DNA of 64,000 bases, taken from an uncultured Jannaschia sp. GTDB lineage: Bacteria > Pseudomonadota > Alphaproteobacteria > Rhodobacterales > Rhodobacteraceae. Location: positions 261 through 64,260 of the forward strand of contig CAZWWR010000004.1 in assembly GCA_964637265.1 (NCBI GenBank). The letters run 5' to 3'. Under the pieces are notes generated by a model that saw nothing but the letters and a program-made list of their open reading frames with translations, was not told where the DNA came from and ran no database searches. Numbering within the stretch: the stretch's first letter is position 1; each line of letters begins with the position of its first letter. A program made the position numbers and the translations under genes. This document shows positions 40,765 to 50,689 of the stretch, piece by piece.

Positions 40765-41445
40765 TCAGGCTTCGACGAGGCGCCCGTCCTTCAGGCGAAG
40801 CTTGCGGTCCATCCGCGCCGCGAGCTCGAGGTTGTGGGTGGCGATCAGGGCGGCGAGCCCTGTCTCCCGGACGAGCGCCATGAGTTCGGCGAACACGGCG
40901 TCCGACGTGTTGGGATCGAGGTTCCCTGTCGGCTCGTCCGCGAGGAGGAGGCTCGGCGCGTTGGCCAGGGCCCTGGCGAAGGCCACGCGCTGCTGCTCTC
41001 CGCCCGAGAGTTCAGCGGGCCGGTGGTGGGAGCGTTTCGACAATCCCACGCGCGCTAGCAGTTCTCCGGCCCGCCGATCCGCCTCGCTCCGCGCGCGCCC
41101 ATCGGCGAGCTGGGGGATGGCGACGTTCTCCGAGGCGGTGAACTCGGGCAGGAGATGGTGGAACTGGTAGACGAACCCGATCAGTCGCCGGCGCGCGCGG
41201 GTCCGCGCCCGGTCGCCCCGGCCCGTCATCTCCTCCCCGTCGATCCGCACCGTCCCAGCGTCCGGCGTGTCGAGAAGCCCGGCGATGTGCAGGAGCGTCG
41301 ATTTCCCCGCCCCCGAGGGCGCGACCAAGGCGCAGACCTCGCCCGCATGAAGCGTCAGGTCGATGCCCGCGAGCACGCGGATCTCGCCGGCCTGCCCCCG
41401 GTTGTAGCCCTTCTCGATCCCCTCGAGGCGTAGCGCCTCACTCAT
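40765..41445 (-). CDS. lolD: Lipoprotein-releasing ABC ATPase LolD
   Basis: [37 protein letters not shown]. Confidence 0.95.
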   Translation of the reverse strand: MSEALRLEGIEKGYNRGQAGEIRVLAGIDLTLHAGEVCALVAPSGAGKSTLLHIAGLLDTPDAGTVRIDGEEMTGRGDRARTRARRRLIGFVYQFHHLLPEFTASENVAIPQLADGRARSEADRRAGELLARVGLSKRSHHRPAELSGGEQQRVAFARALANAPSLLLADEPTGNLDPNTSDAVFAELMALVRETGLAALIATHNLELAARMDRKLRLKDGRLVEA

Positions 41446-42721
41446 ACCGCAGCGCCTCGACCGGGTTCATCGCGGCCGCCCGCCGTGCCGGGAAGAGCGT
41501 CACGAGGAAGGAAAGCCCGAGCGAGAGCGCGACGGCCGAGGCGACGTCCCCCCATTCAAGACGGGCGGGCAGGGCCGAGATGAAGCGCACCGACGGGTCC
41601 CATACGCCCCCTCCGGCGGCCCAGTTCACGAAGGAGAAGATCGGGTCGATGTAGATCGCGAAGAGGCAGCCGAGGATGACCCCGGCGATCGTCCCGACCA
41701 CGCCGATCGAGGAACCGCAGAGGAAGAACACCCGCATGACCGTGCCCTGACTCAGGCCCATCGTGCGGAGGATCCCGATATCCCGCCCCTTGTTCTTCAC
41801 CAGCATGACCAGCCCGCTGGTGATGTTGAGCGTGGCGATCAGGACGAGGATCGAAAGGATCACGAACATGACGTTGTCCTCCATCCGGAGGGCGTCGAGA
41901 TACGCCCCCGATGCGTCGCGCCACGTCCAGAGGTGGTGCCCCGTCCCGGCCGCCGCGAGCAGTGCCGGGCGCCACTCCTCCACGCGATCCGGCTCGGCCA
42001 CGGAGACCTGCACCTCGTCGACGACGCCCTGGCGGTTGAAAAAGAGCTGGGCCTCCTCGAGAGGCATGTAGATCCGCGTCGTGTCGATGTCCCACCGCCC
42101 GACCTGGAAGACGAAGGCGACCGGATAGGCCTTGATGCGGGGAGAGGTGCCGAACGCCGTCCGCACCCCGTCGGGCGAGATCAGCCGGATGCTGTCCCCC
42201 ACGCGGACACCGAATTCCCGCGCGACGCCCGATCCGATGGCGATGCCGCGCTCGCCTTCGTAGCCCTCGAGCGAGCCCTCGGCGTATTCGGGTTCCGCGA
42301 TGCGGGGCACGGCCGCGAGATCGGCGCGGCGCATCCCGATGGCCTGCACGCCCGCGTTCCGCCCGTTGGCCGCCGCCATGACCTGCCCGGCCACCACGGG
42401 CACCGCGCGCTCGACGCCATCCACCGAGAGCAGGCGCTCCGCGAGGGTGTCGTAGTCCGGGACGGTGCGCGTCGGCTGCCCGTTCGGCAGCATCTCCCCG
42501 ATGGAGAGGACCGACACATGCGGGTTGGCACCGATGATCGTCCCGACGAACTCGTGCCTGAAGCCGGACCGCACCGCAAGGGTGGCTATCAGCGCAAAGA
42601 CCGCGAGAGCGATGCCGACGAGGCTGATCCACGTCATCACGCTTATCCCGCCCTCCGCCCTCCGGGCGCGCAGGTAGCGCCAGGCGATCATCCATTCGAA
42701 ACGGGAGAAGGGGGCGGACAT
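41438..42721 (-). CDS. lolC: Lipoprotein-releasing permease LolC/E
   Basis: [34 protein letters not shown]. Confidence 0.93.
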   Translation of the reverse strand: MSAPFSRFEWMIAWRYLRARRAEGGISVMTWISLVGIALAVFALIATLAVRSGFRHEFVGTIIGANPHVSVLSIGEMLPNGQPTRTVPDYDTLAERLLSVDGVERAVPVVAGQVMAAANGRNAGVQAIGMRRADLAAVPRIAEPEYAEGSLEGYEGERGIAIGSGVAREFGVRVGDSIRLISPDGVRTAFGTSPRIKAYPVAFVFQVGRWDIDTTRIYMPLEEAQLFFNRQGVVDEVQVSVAEPDRVEEWRPALLAAAGTGHHLWTWRDASGAYLDALRMEDNVMFVILSILVLIATLNITSGLVMLVKNKGRDIGILRTMGLSQGTVMRVFFLCGSSIGVVGTIAGVILGCLFAIYIDPIFSFVNWAAGGGVWDPSVRFISALPARLEWGDVASAVALSLGLSFLVTLFPARRAAAMNPVEALRYE

Positions 42722-43154
42722 GCTGCGGGCCTCCGGAATGCGGCCGAGGGATGCGCGCGGCCGCTTGCGGGGTCAAGCGCCCAGGCCGAAGGGTGTGGGA
42801 GGGTTTCCGCCGCTGGTGCGAAGGCTTCGGCCATCTTCGTGTCGCCGACCTGCGAGCCTCGGGACCGAACCCGCAGCGTTCGGCAAGCTTCCAAGCGGAC
42901 CCCAACGGAGGCATCGATTGCCCCTTTAGGGGCAGCCCTTCTGTTTCGACCGCAGTCCGCGGACAACGACATGCCAAGTGCACAGAAAGGTTCGGTAGGC
43001 TCCCAGCGCTCCAGAGCGGACGGCGGAGGCCACGCCGAAGCGAACTCCACCTCTCGCCGGAACGCCGCCCCTGCCACGTCGAAGTGGGGACGAGATACCC
43101 TGTCTTTGGGAGAAGGTCGCTCGACGCTTCCCGGTGACGCGCCTGCACACCGAC

Positions 43155-44240
43155 TCAGATGTCGAATTCCGCAACGACTGGGCAGTGGTCGGAGGCTTTT
43201 GGCCTGTCCCAGCCCACACGTGGATAGCGATCCACGTCGAGGTTCGGCACGCGGAAGGGCATTCCCTCGCGGATCACCTCCACCTGCCGCAGCCGCTCCG
43301 CCAGCGCGGGCGAGGCGATCACGTAGTCGAGCTGGGTCTTGTGGCGTTCGGACGCATAGTAGTGCGTCCACCGCTCCGCCTCCGGGAGCCGCTGCAGGAC
43401 GTCCGTTCCGAAGCCGTCCGCCAGCAGAGGGTCGATGCCCGAGGGCTCGTCCTCGTCGAGGCTGCGGACCGTCTCGCGCATCCCCGCGGCCTTCGAGATG
43501 GAGATGCGCAGGCGGTAGTCGTTCAGGTCGCCCGCGACCGCCCAGAGTGCGGTTGCCGGGTCGGGGAACTTCGCTTCGATGAGCGCGCGGACCGCCGCGG
43601 CCTCGAGCTGCCGTCGCCCCATGCTGCGATCGCGCCCTCCACTCATCGACTTGAAGTGGCAGTTGAAGACGGTGACCCGTCGATCTCCAACGAGCACCTC
43701 GAGTTCCAGTGCATCGCGGCGGAAGATCCGCCCTCCTCCCTGCGCCTCCTCGGCGGCGAGGGGCCATCGCCCGAGCGAGTCGCGACCGCCCGGCAGGCGG
43801 GCGGGGCTAAGTCGCGCGTGGCTGCGGGCGTAGGCCGGGCGGATGTCGCGCGTGACGGCGGCCACGTCGATGCCGCGCGGATCGTTGCCCTCGAGAAGGA
43901 GGAAGTGATCGTACCTGTCGACCCCGACCTTCTGGACGTAGCCCCGCCAGAACCGGGCCAGGGCGTCATGGCTGTCGACCTCCTGCAGGCAGAGGACGTC
44001 CGCGTCCGCCGCCGCAAGGGCGAGCGCGGTGTGCTGGCGATGGTCGTCCGCCTGCGCGACCGCCGCGCCGCGCAGCAGGTCCGCGAACTCGGGGAACTTG
44101 GAAAGATCGCCGTCGCCGAAATCTCCGAGGAAGCGGACCACAGGGGGCAGGTAGCGCGCCGCGCGACGGTCGGAGAACGCGGCGAAGTCGAACCGCGCGA
44201 ACAGGTTCTCGACGTTGAACGTGCAGAGCCGCAATCGCAT
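43155..44240 (-). CDS. Endonuclease/exonuclease/phosphatase family protein
   Basis: TFNVENL, CLQEVD, GDLND, LDYV, SDHCPV. Confidence 0.9.
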   Translation of the reverse strand: MRLRLCTFNVENLFARFDFAAFSDRRAARYLPPVVRFLGDFGDGDLSKFPEFADLLRGAAVAQADDHRQHTALALAAADADVLCLQEVDSHDALARFWRGYVQKVGVDRYDHFLLLEGNDPRGIDVAAVTRDIRPAYARSHARLSPARLPGGRDSLGRWPLAAEEAQGGGRIFRRDALELEVLVGDRRVTVFNCHFKSMSGGRDRSMGRRQLEAAAVRALIEAKFPDPATALWAVAGDLNDYRLRISISKAAGMRETVRSLDEDEPSGIDPLLADGFGTDVLQRLPEAERWTHYYASERHKTQLDYVIASPALAERLRQVEVIREGMPFRVPNLDVDRYPRVGWDRPKASDHCPVVAEFDI

Positions 44241-44275
44241 CGGCAGGGCCTCCCACGGGGCAGCCTGGCACGGGC

Positions 44276-45289
44276 TCAGGCGGCGCGGGCCACCACGTAG
44301 TCCGCCAGATCGCCCATCATGTCGCGGAGGGGATGCGCAGGCAGGCGGGACAGTGCTTCGCGGGCCCGATCGCGCCATGCCAGCGCCTCGCGGCGGGTCT
44401 CCTCCAGGGTGCCGTGACGGTCGAGCATCTCGCGCGCCTTCGCGAACTCGGGCTCCCCCGCCCGGCCCTTCTCGAGCGCCTCCGACCAGAAGCCCCGCTC
44501 CTCTTCGTCCGCCCGCTGCAGCGCGCGGATCACCGGCAGCGTCAGCTTACCCTCCCGGAAATCGTCTCCGAGGTTCTTGCCGATTCCATCTCCCGCGCCG
44601 CCCCAGTCGAGCCAGTCGTCGACCATCTGGAAGCTCACCCCGAGCGCGTTGCCGTACTCAGACAGCGCCGCGATGTGATCCTCCGGCGCGCCTGCGATCA
44701 CGCCGCCCACCTCGCAGGCGGCCTCGAACAGCGCCGCGGTCTTTCCCCGAACCACGCGGAGGTAGGTCGCCTCGGTAGTGGCAAGGTTCCTTGCGGCCGT
44801 GAGCTGCAGCACCTCGCCCTCGGCGATCGTGGCCGCTGCGTTCGACAGGATGTCGAGCACCCGAAGGTTGCCCGTCTCGACCATGAGCTGGAAGGACCGG
44901 GCGAACAGGTAGTCGCCGACGAGCACGCTCGACTGGTTGTCCCACAACAGGTTCGCCGTCGGCCGCCCCCTGCGCTGGCGGCTCTCGTCCACCACGTCGT
45001 CGTGAAGGAGCGTCGCCGTGTGGATGAACTCCACCGTCGCTGCCAGCCGCACGTGGTGGGCGCCGGCATAGCCGCAGAGCGACGCGCTCGCCACCGTCAG
45101 GAGCGGGCGCACGCGCTTGCCGCCAGCCTCCACGAGATGCGCCGTCACCTCCGGGATCCGGGGCGCGTGCTCCGACGCCATCCGCTCCCGGATCAGCGTG
45201 TTGACCCGCTCCATCTCCCCCGACATCGCCTCGGCCAGACGGTCCTGCGGCCCCATCTGCGGCGCGGCGAAGGGCGTGGCGTGGTTCAT
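44276..45289 (-). CDS. ispB: Polyprenyl (octa/decaprenyl) diphosphate synthase
   Basis: GGKRVRP, LLHDDVVDES..RRG, GKTA, FQMVDD, GKNLGDD. Confidence 0.93.
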   Translation of the reverse strand: MNHATPFAAPQMGPQDRLAEAMSGEMERVNTLIRERMASEHAPRIPEVTAHLVEAGGKRVRPLLTVASASLCGYAGAHHVRLAATVEFIHTATLLHDDVVDESRQRRGRPTANLLWDNQSSVLVGDYLFARSFQLMVETGNLRVLDILSNAAATIAEGEVLQLTAARNLATTEATYLRVVRGKTAALFEAACEVGGVIAGAPEDHIAALSEYGNALGVSFQMVDDWLDWGGAGDGIGKNLGDDFREGKLTLPVIRALQRADEEERGFWSEALEKGRAGEPEFAKAREMLDRHGTLEETRREALAWRDRAREALSRLPAHPLRDMMGDLADYVVARAA

Positions 45290-45363
45290 CGGGCGCTCCC
45301 CCGCGCGGCGGACAGGTGCGGGCGGCTGGACGACGCCGGCACGCGCGCCTAACCCCTTCCCGC

Positions 45364-45579
45364 ATGAGAGAGCTGCTGCGCACCAACGACCCGACGGTCA
45401 TCGCCTTCGCCACCGCGCTCCTCGACGGCGAGGAGATAGACTGCTTCGTGCTCGATGCCAACACCAGCGTGCTGGAGGGGTCGATCGGGATCCTCCCGCG
45501 GCGGCTCATGGTCCGGCGGGAGGATCTGTTCCTCGCGCGCTCCGTCATGCGCGACAATGGGCTCGACACCAGCGCCTGA
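45364..45579 (+). CDS. DUF2007 domain protein
   Basis: MRELLRTNDP..LEGSIGILPRRLMV. Confidence 0.85.
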   Translation: MRELLRTNDPTVIAFATALLDGEEIDCFVLDANTSVLEGSIGILPRRLMVRREDLFLARSVMRDNGLDTSA

Positions 45580-46336
45580 GCTGACCCGCGACGCGCTGCT
45601 CGGCGGGCGGGTGCGCCTGTGGCAGCGGCGTCGCGGTTTTCGGGCCGGCTCGGACGCCGTGCTGCTCGCCGCGGCCTGCCCGGCACGGCCGGGGGAGACG
45701 GTGCTCGACCTCGGCTGCGGGACCGGAGCGGCGATGCTCTGTCTGGCTGCGCGCGTGCCGGGGGTGAGGATCACGGGGCTGGAACTGGACCGGGACGCCT
45801 GCGCGCTGGCGCGACGCAACATGATCGAGGCAGGGGTTCCCGAGGATGCGGCCGGAGCGGAAACGGTGGAGGGGGACGCGTTGGAGCCCCCGGCCGTGCT
45901 CCGCGCGCGGAGCTTCGATCACGTGCTCTCGAACCCCCCCTATTTCGCCTCGGGGTCCGGCACGCCCTCCCCGGACGACATGCGCGAGGCTGCGCTCCGA
46001 GAGGCGCGCCCGGGCGGGCTTGCGGCATGGGCCGATGCTGCCATCCGTCGCGCGCGGCCGGGGGGCACCGTCACGCTCATCGCGCGCGCCGCGAGGCTTC
46101 CTGAGCTTCTTGCAGCGTGCTCGTCGAGGCTGGGCGATCTGCGTGCTCTGCCGCTTGCGCCACGCCGGGGAGAACCCGCGCACCGGCTCGTGCTGCGCGG
46201 TCGGAAGGGTGCGCGGGCGCCCTTCGTGCTGCTCCACCCGCTGGTGCTGCACGATGCCGACGGAATGCCGACGGCGGAGGCCGAAGGGGTCCTCCGCGAC
46301 GCGATGGCATTACCGATGAACCGGGCTCGGATTTGA
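45557..46336 (+). CDS. SAM-dependent methyltransferase (tRNA1(Val) m6A37, TrmN6-like)
   Basis: GFRAGSDAVLLAA, LDLGCGTG, NPPYF. Confidence 0.85.
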   Translation: MGSTPAPELTRDALLGGRVRLWQRRRGFRAGSDAVLLAAACPARPGETVLDLGCGTGAAMLCLAARVPGVRITGLELDRDACALARRNMIEAGVPEDAAGAETVEGDALEPPAVLRARSFDHVLSNPPYFASGSGTPSPDDMREAALREARPGGLAAWADAAIRRARPGGTVTLIARAARLPELLAACSSRLGDLRALPLAPRRGEPAHRLVLRGRKGARAPFVLLHPLVLHDADGMPTAEAEGVLRDAMALPMNRARI

Positions 46337-46428
46337 GCGTCCCGCCGCCGCGGAGTCAGAATTTCGATGACAAATGGCCGACCCTATGCTGCACTCTATG
46401 GGTTCACCATTCCAGAGAGGAGACGCCC

Positions 46429-46602
46429 ATGTCGCTCACGTCGCACCTTCAGGAACTGCGGAAGAAGCACGAGACCCTCTCCCGTCAGGTGGAGGAGGAG
46501 CAGCGCAGCCCCGGTTGCGATTCGCTGGAGCTGTCTGCCCTGAAGAAGCGGAAGCTTGCGATCAAGCAGCAGATCGAGCGGCTCTCCGCACAAGCGGCCT
46601 GA
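46429..46602 (+). CDS. DUF465 (YdcH-like) small coiled-coil protein
   Basis: GAGGAG RBS; MSLTSHLQELRKKH..LKKRKLAIKQQI. Confidence 0.88.
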   Translation: MSLTSHLQELRKKHETLSRQVEEEQRSPGCDSLELSALKKRKLAIKQQIERLSAQAA

Positions 46603-46624
46603 CGGCTCCCGACCGTCCCGATGC

Positions 46625-46651
46625 AAAGGGCCCGCGCTTTCACGCGGGCCC
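46625..46651. terminator. Hairpin terminator between the convergent DUF465 and subtilase genes
   Basis: GGGCCCGCG-CTTTCA-CGCGGGCCC, followed by TTT on the minus strand. Confidence 0.7.
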
Positions 46652-46712
46652 CACTTCCGGGAGAACCGACCGGTCCCCGCTCCTGTAGCTCGGGCGGCAG
46701 GGACGCCCGGAC

Positions 46713-49700
46713 TCATCGCACGAGGAAGCTTGTCAGCGCCTCCCGGGTCAGGACCCCACCCGGCCGGGCCTGTTCGGCCACCAGGCGCACGCTGTGGAGG
46801 ACGGGCGCGTCTGCCCGCACACGGGCGGTGAAGATGCCGTCCCCCGCCCGGCGGTCCGCTCCCTGCCCGTCGTCGCGAAGATCCACCGTCATCTGACGTG
46901 GCGTCCCGCCGCCGCCGATCCGGCCCCTGTCGAGCCCTCGCAGAAGGCGCTCGATGACGTCGTCCGGCAGATCGATGCGCAACTCGTCCCGTTGCAGCAC
47001 GATCCGATCGCGCAGCTCGCTCATCTCGGGCGAGAGCGTGACCGACGGTTCGTCCCCGGCCGTGACGAAGCCGCCGCCTCGTGGGGGAAACGCGATGACG
47101 TCGGGCACCCGGCCCTGATCGGGCGCGCTGCCCCCCTTGAGATCCTGCTCCCGGCTGTCGCCGGTCGACGGGTGGTTGGGGCGGATCTCGGCGCGGATGC
47201 GCACTCCCTTCGTCGCGAGCGTCCCGCCCGTCACGAGGCGTGCCGTGAGAAGGGCGTCCCGGCCGGACGTGTCGACCGAGACGGCCAAGCGCGTGGTGCT
47301 GTCTGCCAGCGCCATCACCTTGACCCGGCCCTCGGTGTCGCCACGGTTCCTCATCTGGAGCTGCCAGATGCCCTCGTGCATGGCTGCGCCTTCCGCCGGT
47401 CCACCCTGACACCGATAGGGCAGCGAGACCCGGACGATGCGGTGCCGGTCGCCCTCCCGCACGGCGTAGCCTTCGTGCGGACGGTCGACCAGCTTGCAGC
47501 GTCCGTCCGGACCGACGAGCAGGAAGTCCATCGGTCGGCCGGGCTGGTCCCAGAAGACGGAGAAAGTGAGGCTCCGGTCCTCGGGGGCCGCATAGGTGGC
47601 CTGGCGCGCCAGGCCGCTCGGCGCGATGTCGTAGTCCGGGTCGATCACCACCTGCTCGTCCGCGGCGAGGCCGCCGACGACCATGAAGAGCTTCGAGAGC
47701 TGCCCCGCGAGGAGGCCCTGTTCCTCGAGGTGCACGCCGTCGTGGTTGGCCGCCACGCCGGGCATGACCGTGCTGTCGACGTCCGTGCCGAAGCCGATCG
47801 AGAAGAAGCGGGTGTCGTCGTCCATCACCGCGTCGATGGCCGTCACGTCGGACCCGGCGGGGGAGTTGTGTCGCCCGTCCGAGAAGAGGACCAGCGCCGC
47901 CCCGGGGTTGGTCGCCATCGAGGAGCCGAGCCGCGCGGCAGCCTCCGTGACGCCGGCGATGATCCCCGTCCCGCCGCCCGGCGCGAGGTTGCCCACGGCC
48001 TGGCGCGCGGCGCCGGCGGAGGTGGCGTCGAGGGGCCCGAGGCCGACGGGGGGCGTGGTCGAGCGCACAACGCTGTCGAAGGCGACCACGGAGAGGCCGT
48101 GCCCGCCGACCAGCTCGAGGTAGTCGACGAGCGCCTCCGCCGCGCCCTGCAGCGACTGCATCTTGCTCAGCCCGGGCGTTGCCGAGGGCAGCCCCATCGA
48201 GCCTGACTTGTCCAGCACGAGCACGATGTCCGACTTGGGGCCGGCGATCGGCCCGGCGTCGGGCGTGATCGGTCCTGCGATCGCGAAACGCTGCGGCCCC
48301 GCGACGAGCGAGCCGGGCTTGGCCGTCACCTGCGCGGTCCAGGTGCCCGCAGCCGGGGCGGCCACGAGGACCTGCTCGACGTTGTCGGCCGTGTTGTCGC
48401 CCGCGGCCGCGACCTGCCACGGCGCGGCCGCGTTCGGGGCGAAGGGCTGTTCCGGCGCGCCTCCGCCCGGCGGGAGCAGCCGGAGGTCGAGGTCGTTCAC
48501 GAGGCCGCCGCCCGCCGCCGAGGGCAGATCCGACCACGCCAGCGTCACCCGCAGTTCCGGCGCGCCGGCCGGGACGACGAACGGGAAGGTCCAGGCGTTG
48601 CCCGCCCCGGTCGAGGCGACGGTGCCCTCGGCATAGCCCGGGCCGCCCGCGCGGCGCAGGAGGCGCAACGCGGCCTCCGCGTCCGCGATGCCCCAGCCGG
48701 TGGCGAAGTCCGGCCCGGGCAGCGACTGGCCCACGCCCTGAACGTCGCGGGCGGTCTGGATGAGGATCGCCTTGTAGGCGGCCGCGATGGGCTGGAGCCC
48801 GGTCGAGGCGAACTCCTCGCGCATGAGGCCAACGATGCCCGCCACGACGGGCGCCGCCATCGAGGTGCCGGAGGTCGTCGACGTTCCGGTATCCGTCTGC
48901 GCGGCCGGGGGCGCGTCGCCGAGCGAGAGAAGGCTCACACCCTGGGCCACGAGGTCGGGCTTGATGCGCCCGTCGTCCGTCGGGCCGTAGGAGGAGAAGC
49001 CGGCGATGGCGCCCGCGCCGTTCATCGCGCCCACCGTGATCACGTTCTTCGCCACCGCGTCCGGGCCGATGCAGTCCGCAGCGAAGGCCCCGCCGCCCGG
49101 GGCGAAGAGGCCGCCCTGGAAGCAGTCCTGCGGGCCGCCCACGATTCCGGGGAGCGGGGCATCGTTGCGGTCGTTGCCCGCGGCCCAGACGGAGACGAGC
49201 TCCGTCGGCGCGATGGTCCCGGCGGCGTTGCCCGCGATCACACGGTCGAGCACGGCGCTGTCGGCGGTTGTGTAGGAGCCGAAGCGCGCCTGGTTCGGGT
49301 TCCAGCTGTTCGTCCTCGGGTCCCAGCCGATGCGTTGACCATAGGAATGGTTCGAGGCCGTGATGCGCGGAGCCGCTCCGGGTGCCGCGGCCGCCGACAT
49401 CTCGGTGAAGTCGGAAGGCGCGTCCCAGCTCAGCAGGTCCGCGGCGGGGGCCATCCCCTCGGCCGCCGGCGTGTTCACCCCGCTCGCCACCATCGTCCCG
49501 GCGACGTGGTTCGCGTGACGGCTCTGCGTCGCGGTCTGGCCGGCCTGCACGGTGACGCGGGGGGTGAGGTCCTCGTGCGTCGCCCGGACCACCGCGCCGG
49601 CCTCCCAGATGCCGAGCGTGACGCCGGTGCCATTCAGCTCGAAGGGCGGCCCCTGCACGTCGTCGACGTTCGAGAGCGGCTGCGCGGTCGCCTGGTTGAA

Positions 49701-50372
49701 GGGGATGTCGGGCGGCGCGGCGGGCTCGATCATCTGCACTTCGTCGAGCAGGGCGAGCGGCAGGAGGCCGCCTTCCGGCAGGCGGGCCGGGAGCGTCCGC
49801 GTCAGCGCGAAGTCCTGTGCGGCCTCCCCTTCGGCCGAGGCGCCGATCTGCTCCAGCCCGGACCGCGCCGCCTCCTCGGGCACCCCCTCGAAGAAGGTCA
49901 CGCTGATCGCCGCCCCGTCGTCGAGCGAGGCGTCCTCCTCCCGAACCGCGTCGGCGAAGAGAGGCGAGATCTTTGCGGCCACGGGGTACACCGCGGCGTC
50001 GACCAAGGCCTCCTCCGAAAGCCGGGCGATTCCGTCGGGGCCGGCGGCAGCCGCCCAGACGTCGTCATCCATGCGGCCCAGCAACTCCACCCCGGCCTCA
50101 CGAAGCGCATCGACGAGGGTAGGGTCGGGTGGCTCGGAGAAGTCGATCGCGAGGTGCACGGTCCCCGGATCGCCCTCACGGCGGTCCGCGGCATCCGCGA
50201 GGGACGCCACCTGTTCGTCGAGCGCGCCCCGGAAGCTCGGCACGTCGCCCAGCAGCGCACGGATCTCGGGGGAGGGTCGGGCGAAACGCTCGAGCGCCGG
50301 GCTGTCCTGCGCGGTCGCGACGGACGGCAGGAGGACGAGGCAGGTCGTGCAGAGGAACGGAAGGCGGGACAT
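46713..50372 (-). CDS. Secreted S8 subtilase - PPC/P-domain - vWA - CLCA-like C-terminal protein
   Basis: Signal peptide (ATA-Q), GIWEAG, HANHVAGT, AAGN, GRIKPDL, GTSMAAP; VLDKSGSM MIDAS; LRDDGQGADRRAGDGIFT. Confidence 0.88.
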   Translation of the reverse strand: MSRLPFLCTTCLVLLPSVATAQDSPALERFARPSPEIRALLGDVPSFRGALDEQVASLADAADRREGDPGTVHLAIDFSEPPDPTLVDALREAGVELLGRMDDDVWAAAAGPDGIARLSEEALVDAAVYPVAAKISPLFADAVREEDASLDDGAAISVTFFEGVPEEAARSGLEQIGASAEGEAAQDFALTRTLPARLPEGGLLPLALLDEVQMIEPAAPPDIPFNQATAQPLSNVDDVQGPPFELNGTGVTLGIWEAGAVVRATHEDLTPRVTVQAGQTATQSRHANHVAGTMVASGVNTPAAEGMAPAADLLSWDAPSDFTEMSAAAAPGAAPRITASNHSYGQRIGWDPRTNSWNPNQARFGSYTTADSAVLDRVIAGNAAGTIAPTELVSVWAAGNDRNDAPLPGIVGGPQDCFQGGLFAPGGGAFAADCIGPDAVAKNVITVGAMNGAGAIAGFSSYGPTDDGRIKPDLVAQGVSLLSLGDAPPAAQTDTGTSTTSGTSMAAPVVAGIVGLMREEFASTGLQPIAAAYKAILIQTARDVQGVGQSLPGPDFATGWGIADAEAALRLLRRAGGPGYAEGTVASTGAGNAWTFPFVVPAGAPELRVTLAWSDLPSAAGGGLVNDLDLRLLPPGGGAPEQPFAPNAAAPWQVAAAGDNTADNVEQVLVAAPAAGTWTAQVTAKPGSLVAGPQRFAIAGPITPDAGPIAGPKSDIVLVLDKSGSMGLPSATPGLSKMQSLQGAAEALVDYLELVGGHGLSVVAFDSVVRSTTPPVGLGPLDATSAGAARQAVGNLAPGGGTGIIAGVTEAAARLGSSMATNPGAALVLFSDGRHNSPAGSDVTAIDAVMDDDTRFFSIGFGTDVDSTVMPGVAANHDGVHLEEQGLLAGQLSKLFMVVGGLAADEQVVIDPDYDIAPSGLARQATYAAPEDRSLTFSVFWDQPGRPMDFLLVGPDGRCKLVDRPHEGYAVREGDRHRIVRVSLPYRCQGGPAEGAAMHEGIWQLQMRNRGDTEGRVKVMALADSTTRLAVSVDTSGRDALLTARLVTGGTLATKGVRIRAEIRPNHPSTGDSREQDLKGGSAPDQGRVPDVIAFPPRGGGFVTAGDEPSVTLSPEMSELRDRIVLQRDELRIDLPDDVIERLLRGLDRGRIGGGGTPRQMTVDLRDDGQGADRRAGDGIFTARVRADAPVLHSVRLVAEQARPGGVLTREALTSFLVR

Positions 50373-50437
50373 GACGAGAACTCCGGAGGTGATCAAATCC
50401 GGCCGGAGGCACGACGGCGAGTGCCCGGGCCGCCCAC

Positions 50438-50485
50438 AGGATACCATCGGGCCCTCCGCCTCCGTCGTGAGTTCCCCGTGAATTC
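50438..50485 (-). promoter_or_regulatory. Direct repeat ATTCAC-N5-ACTCAC plus putative extended -10 (TGgTATCCT)
   Basis: GTGAGT at 50467 and GTGAAT at 50478; AGGATA at 50438-50443. Confidence 0.45.
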
Positions 50486-50552
50486 TTCGTTCCGGCAGGC
50501 CCGACGAGCGAGCGTCGGGGTGAGGCGGTGCAGGTCGAAAAACCGCAAGACG

Positions 50553-50610
50553 TTGACATGGAAGGAGTACGCCCCACCTCGCCGTTTGTGAAAACTACTT
50601 TCGAAAAACT
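50553..50610 (+). promoter_or_regulatory. Putative bhcA promoter/operator
   Basis: TTGACA at 50553 (no clear -10); AT-rich inverted repeat GAAA-ACTAC-TTTC (50590-50602) overlapping TTTCGAAA. Confidence 0.45.
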
Positions 50611-50689
50611 TGGGGGCTTCGGGGAGAGTCGTTAGGAAAGCGACAGCCCCGCGTCATGCGCGGGCATGCACTTGCGTTGGGAGGACGTG

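Noticed and set aside
42918-42935. Palindrome TGCCCC-TTTA-GGGGCA in the lolC upstream spacer
   Set aside because: Single short hairpin, at most a terminator of the EEP gene; not repeated, so no evidence for a CRISPR or REP element
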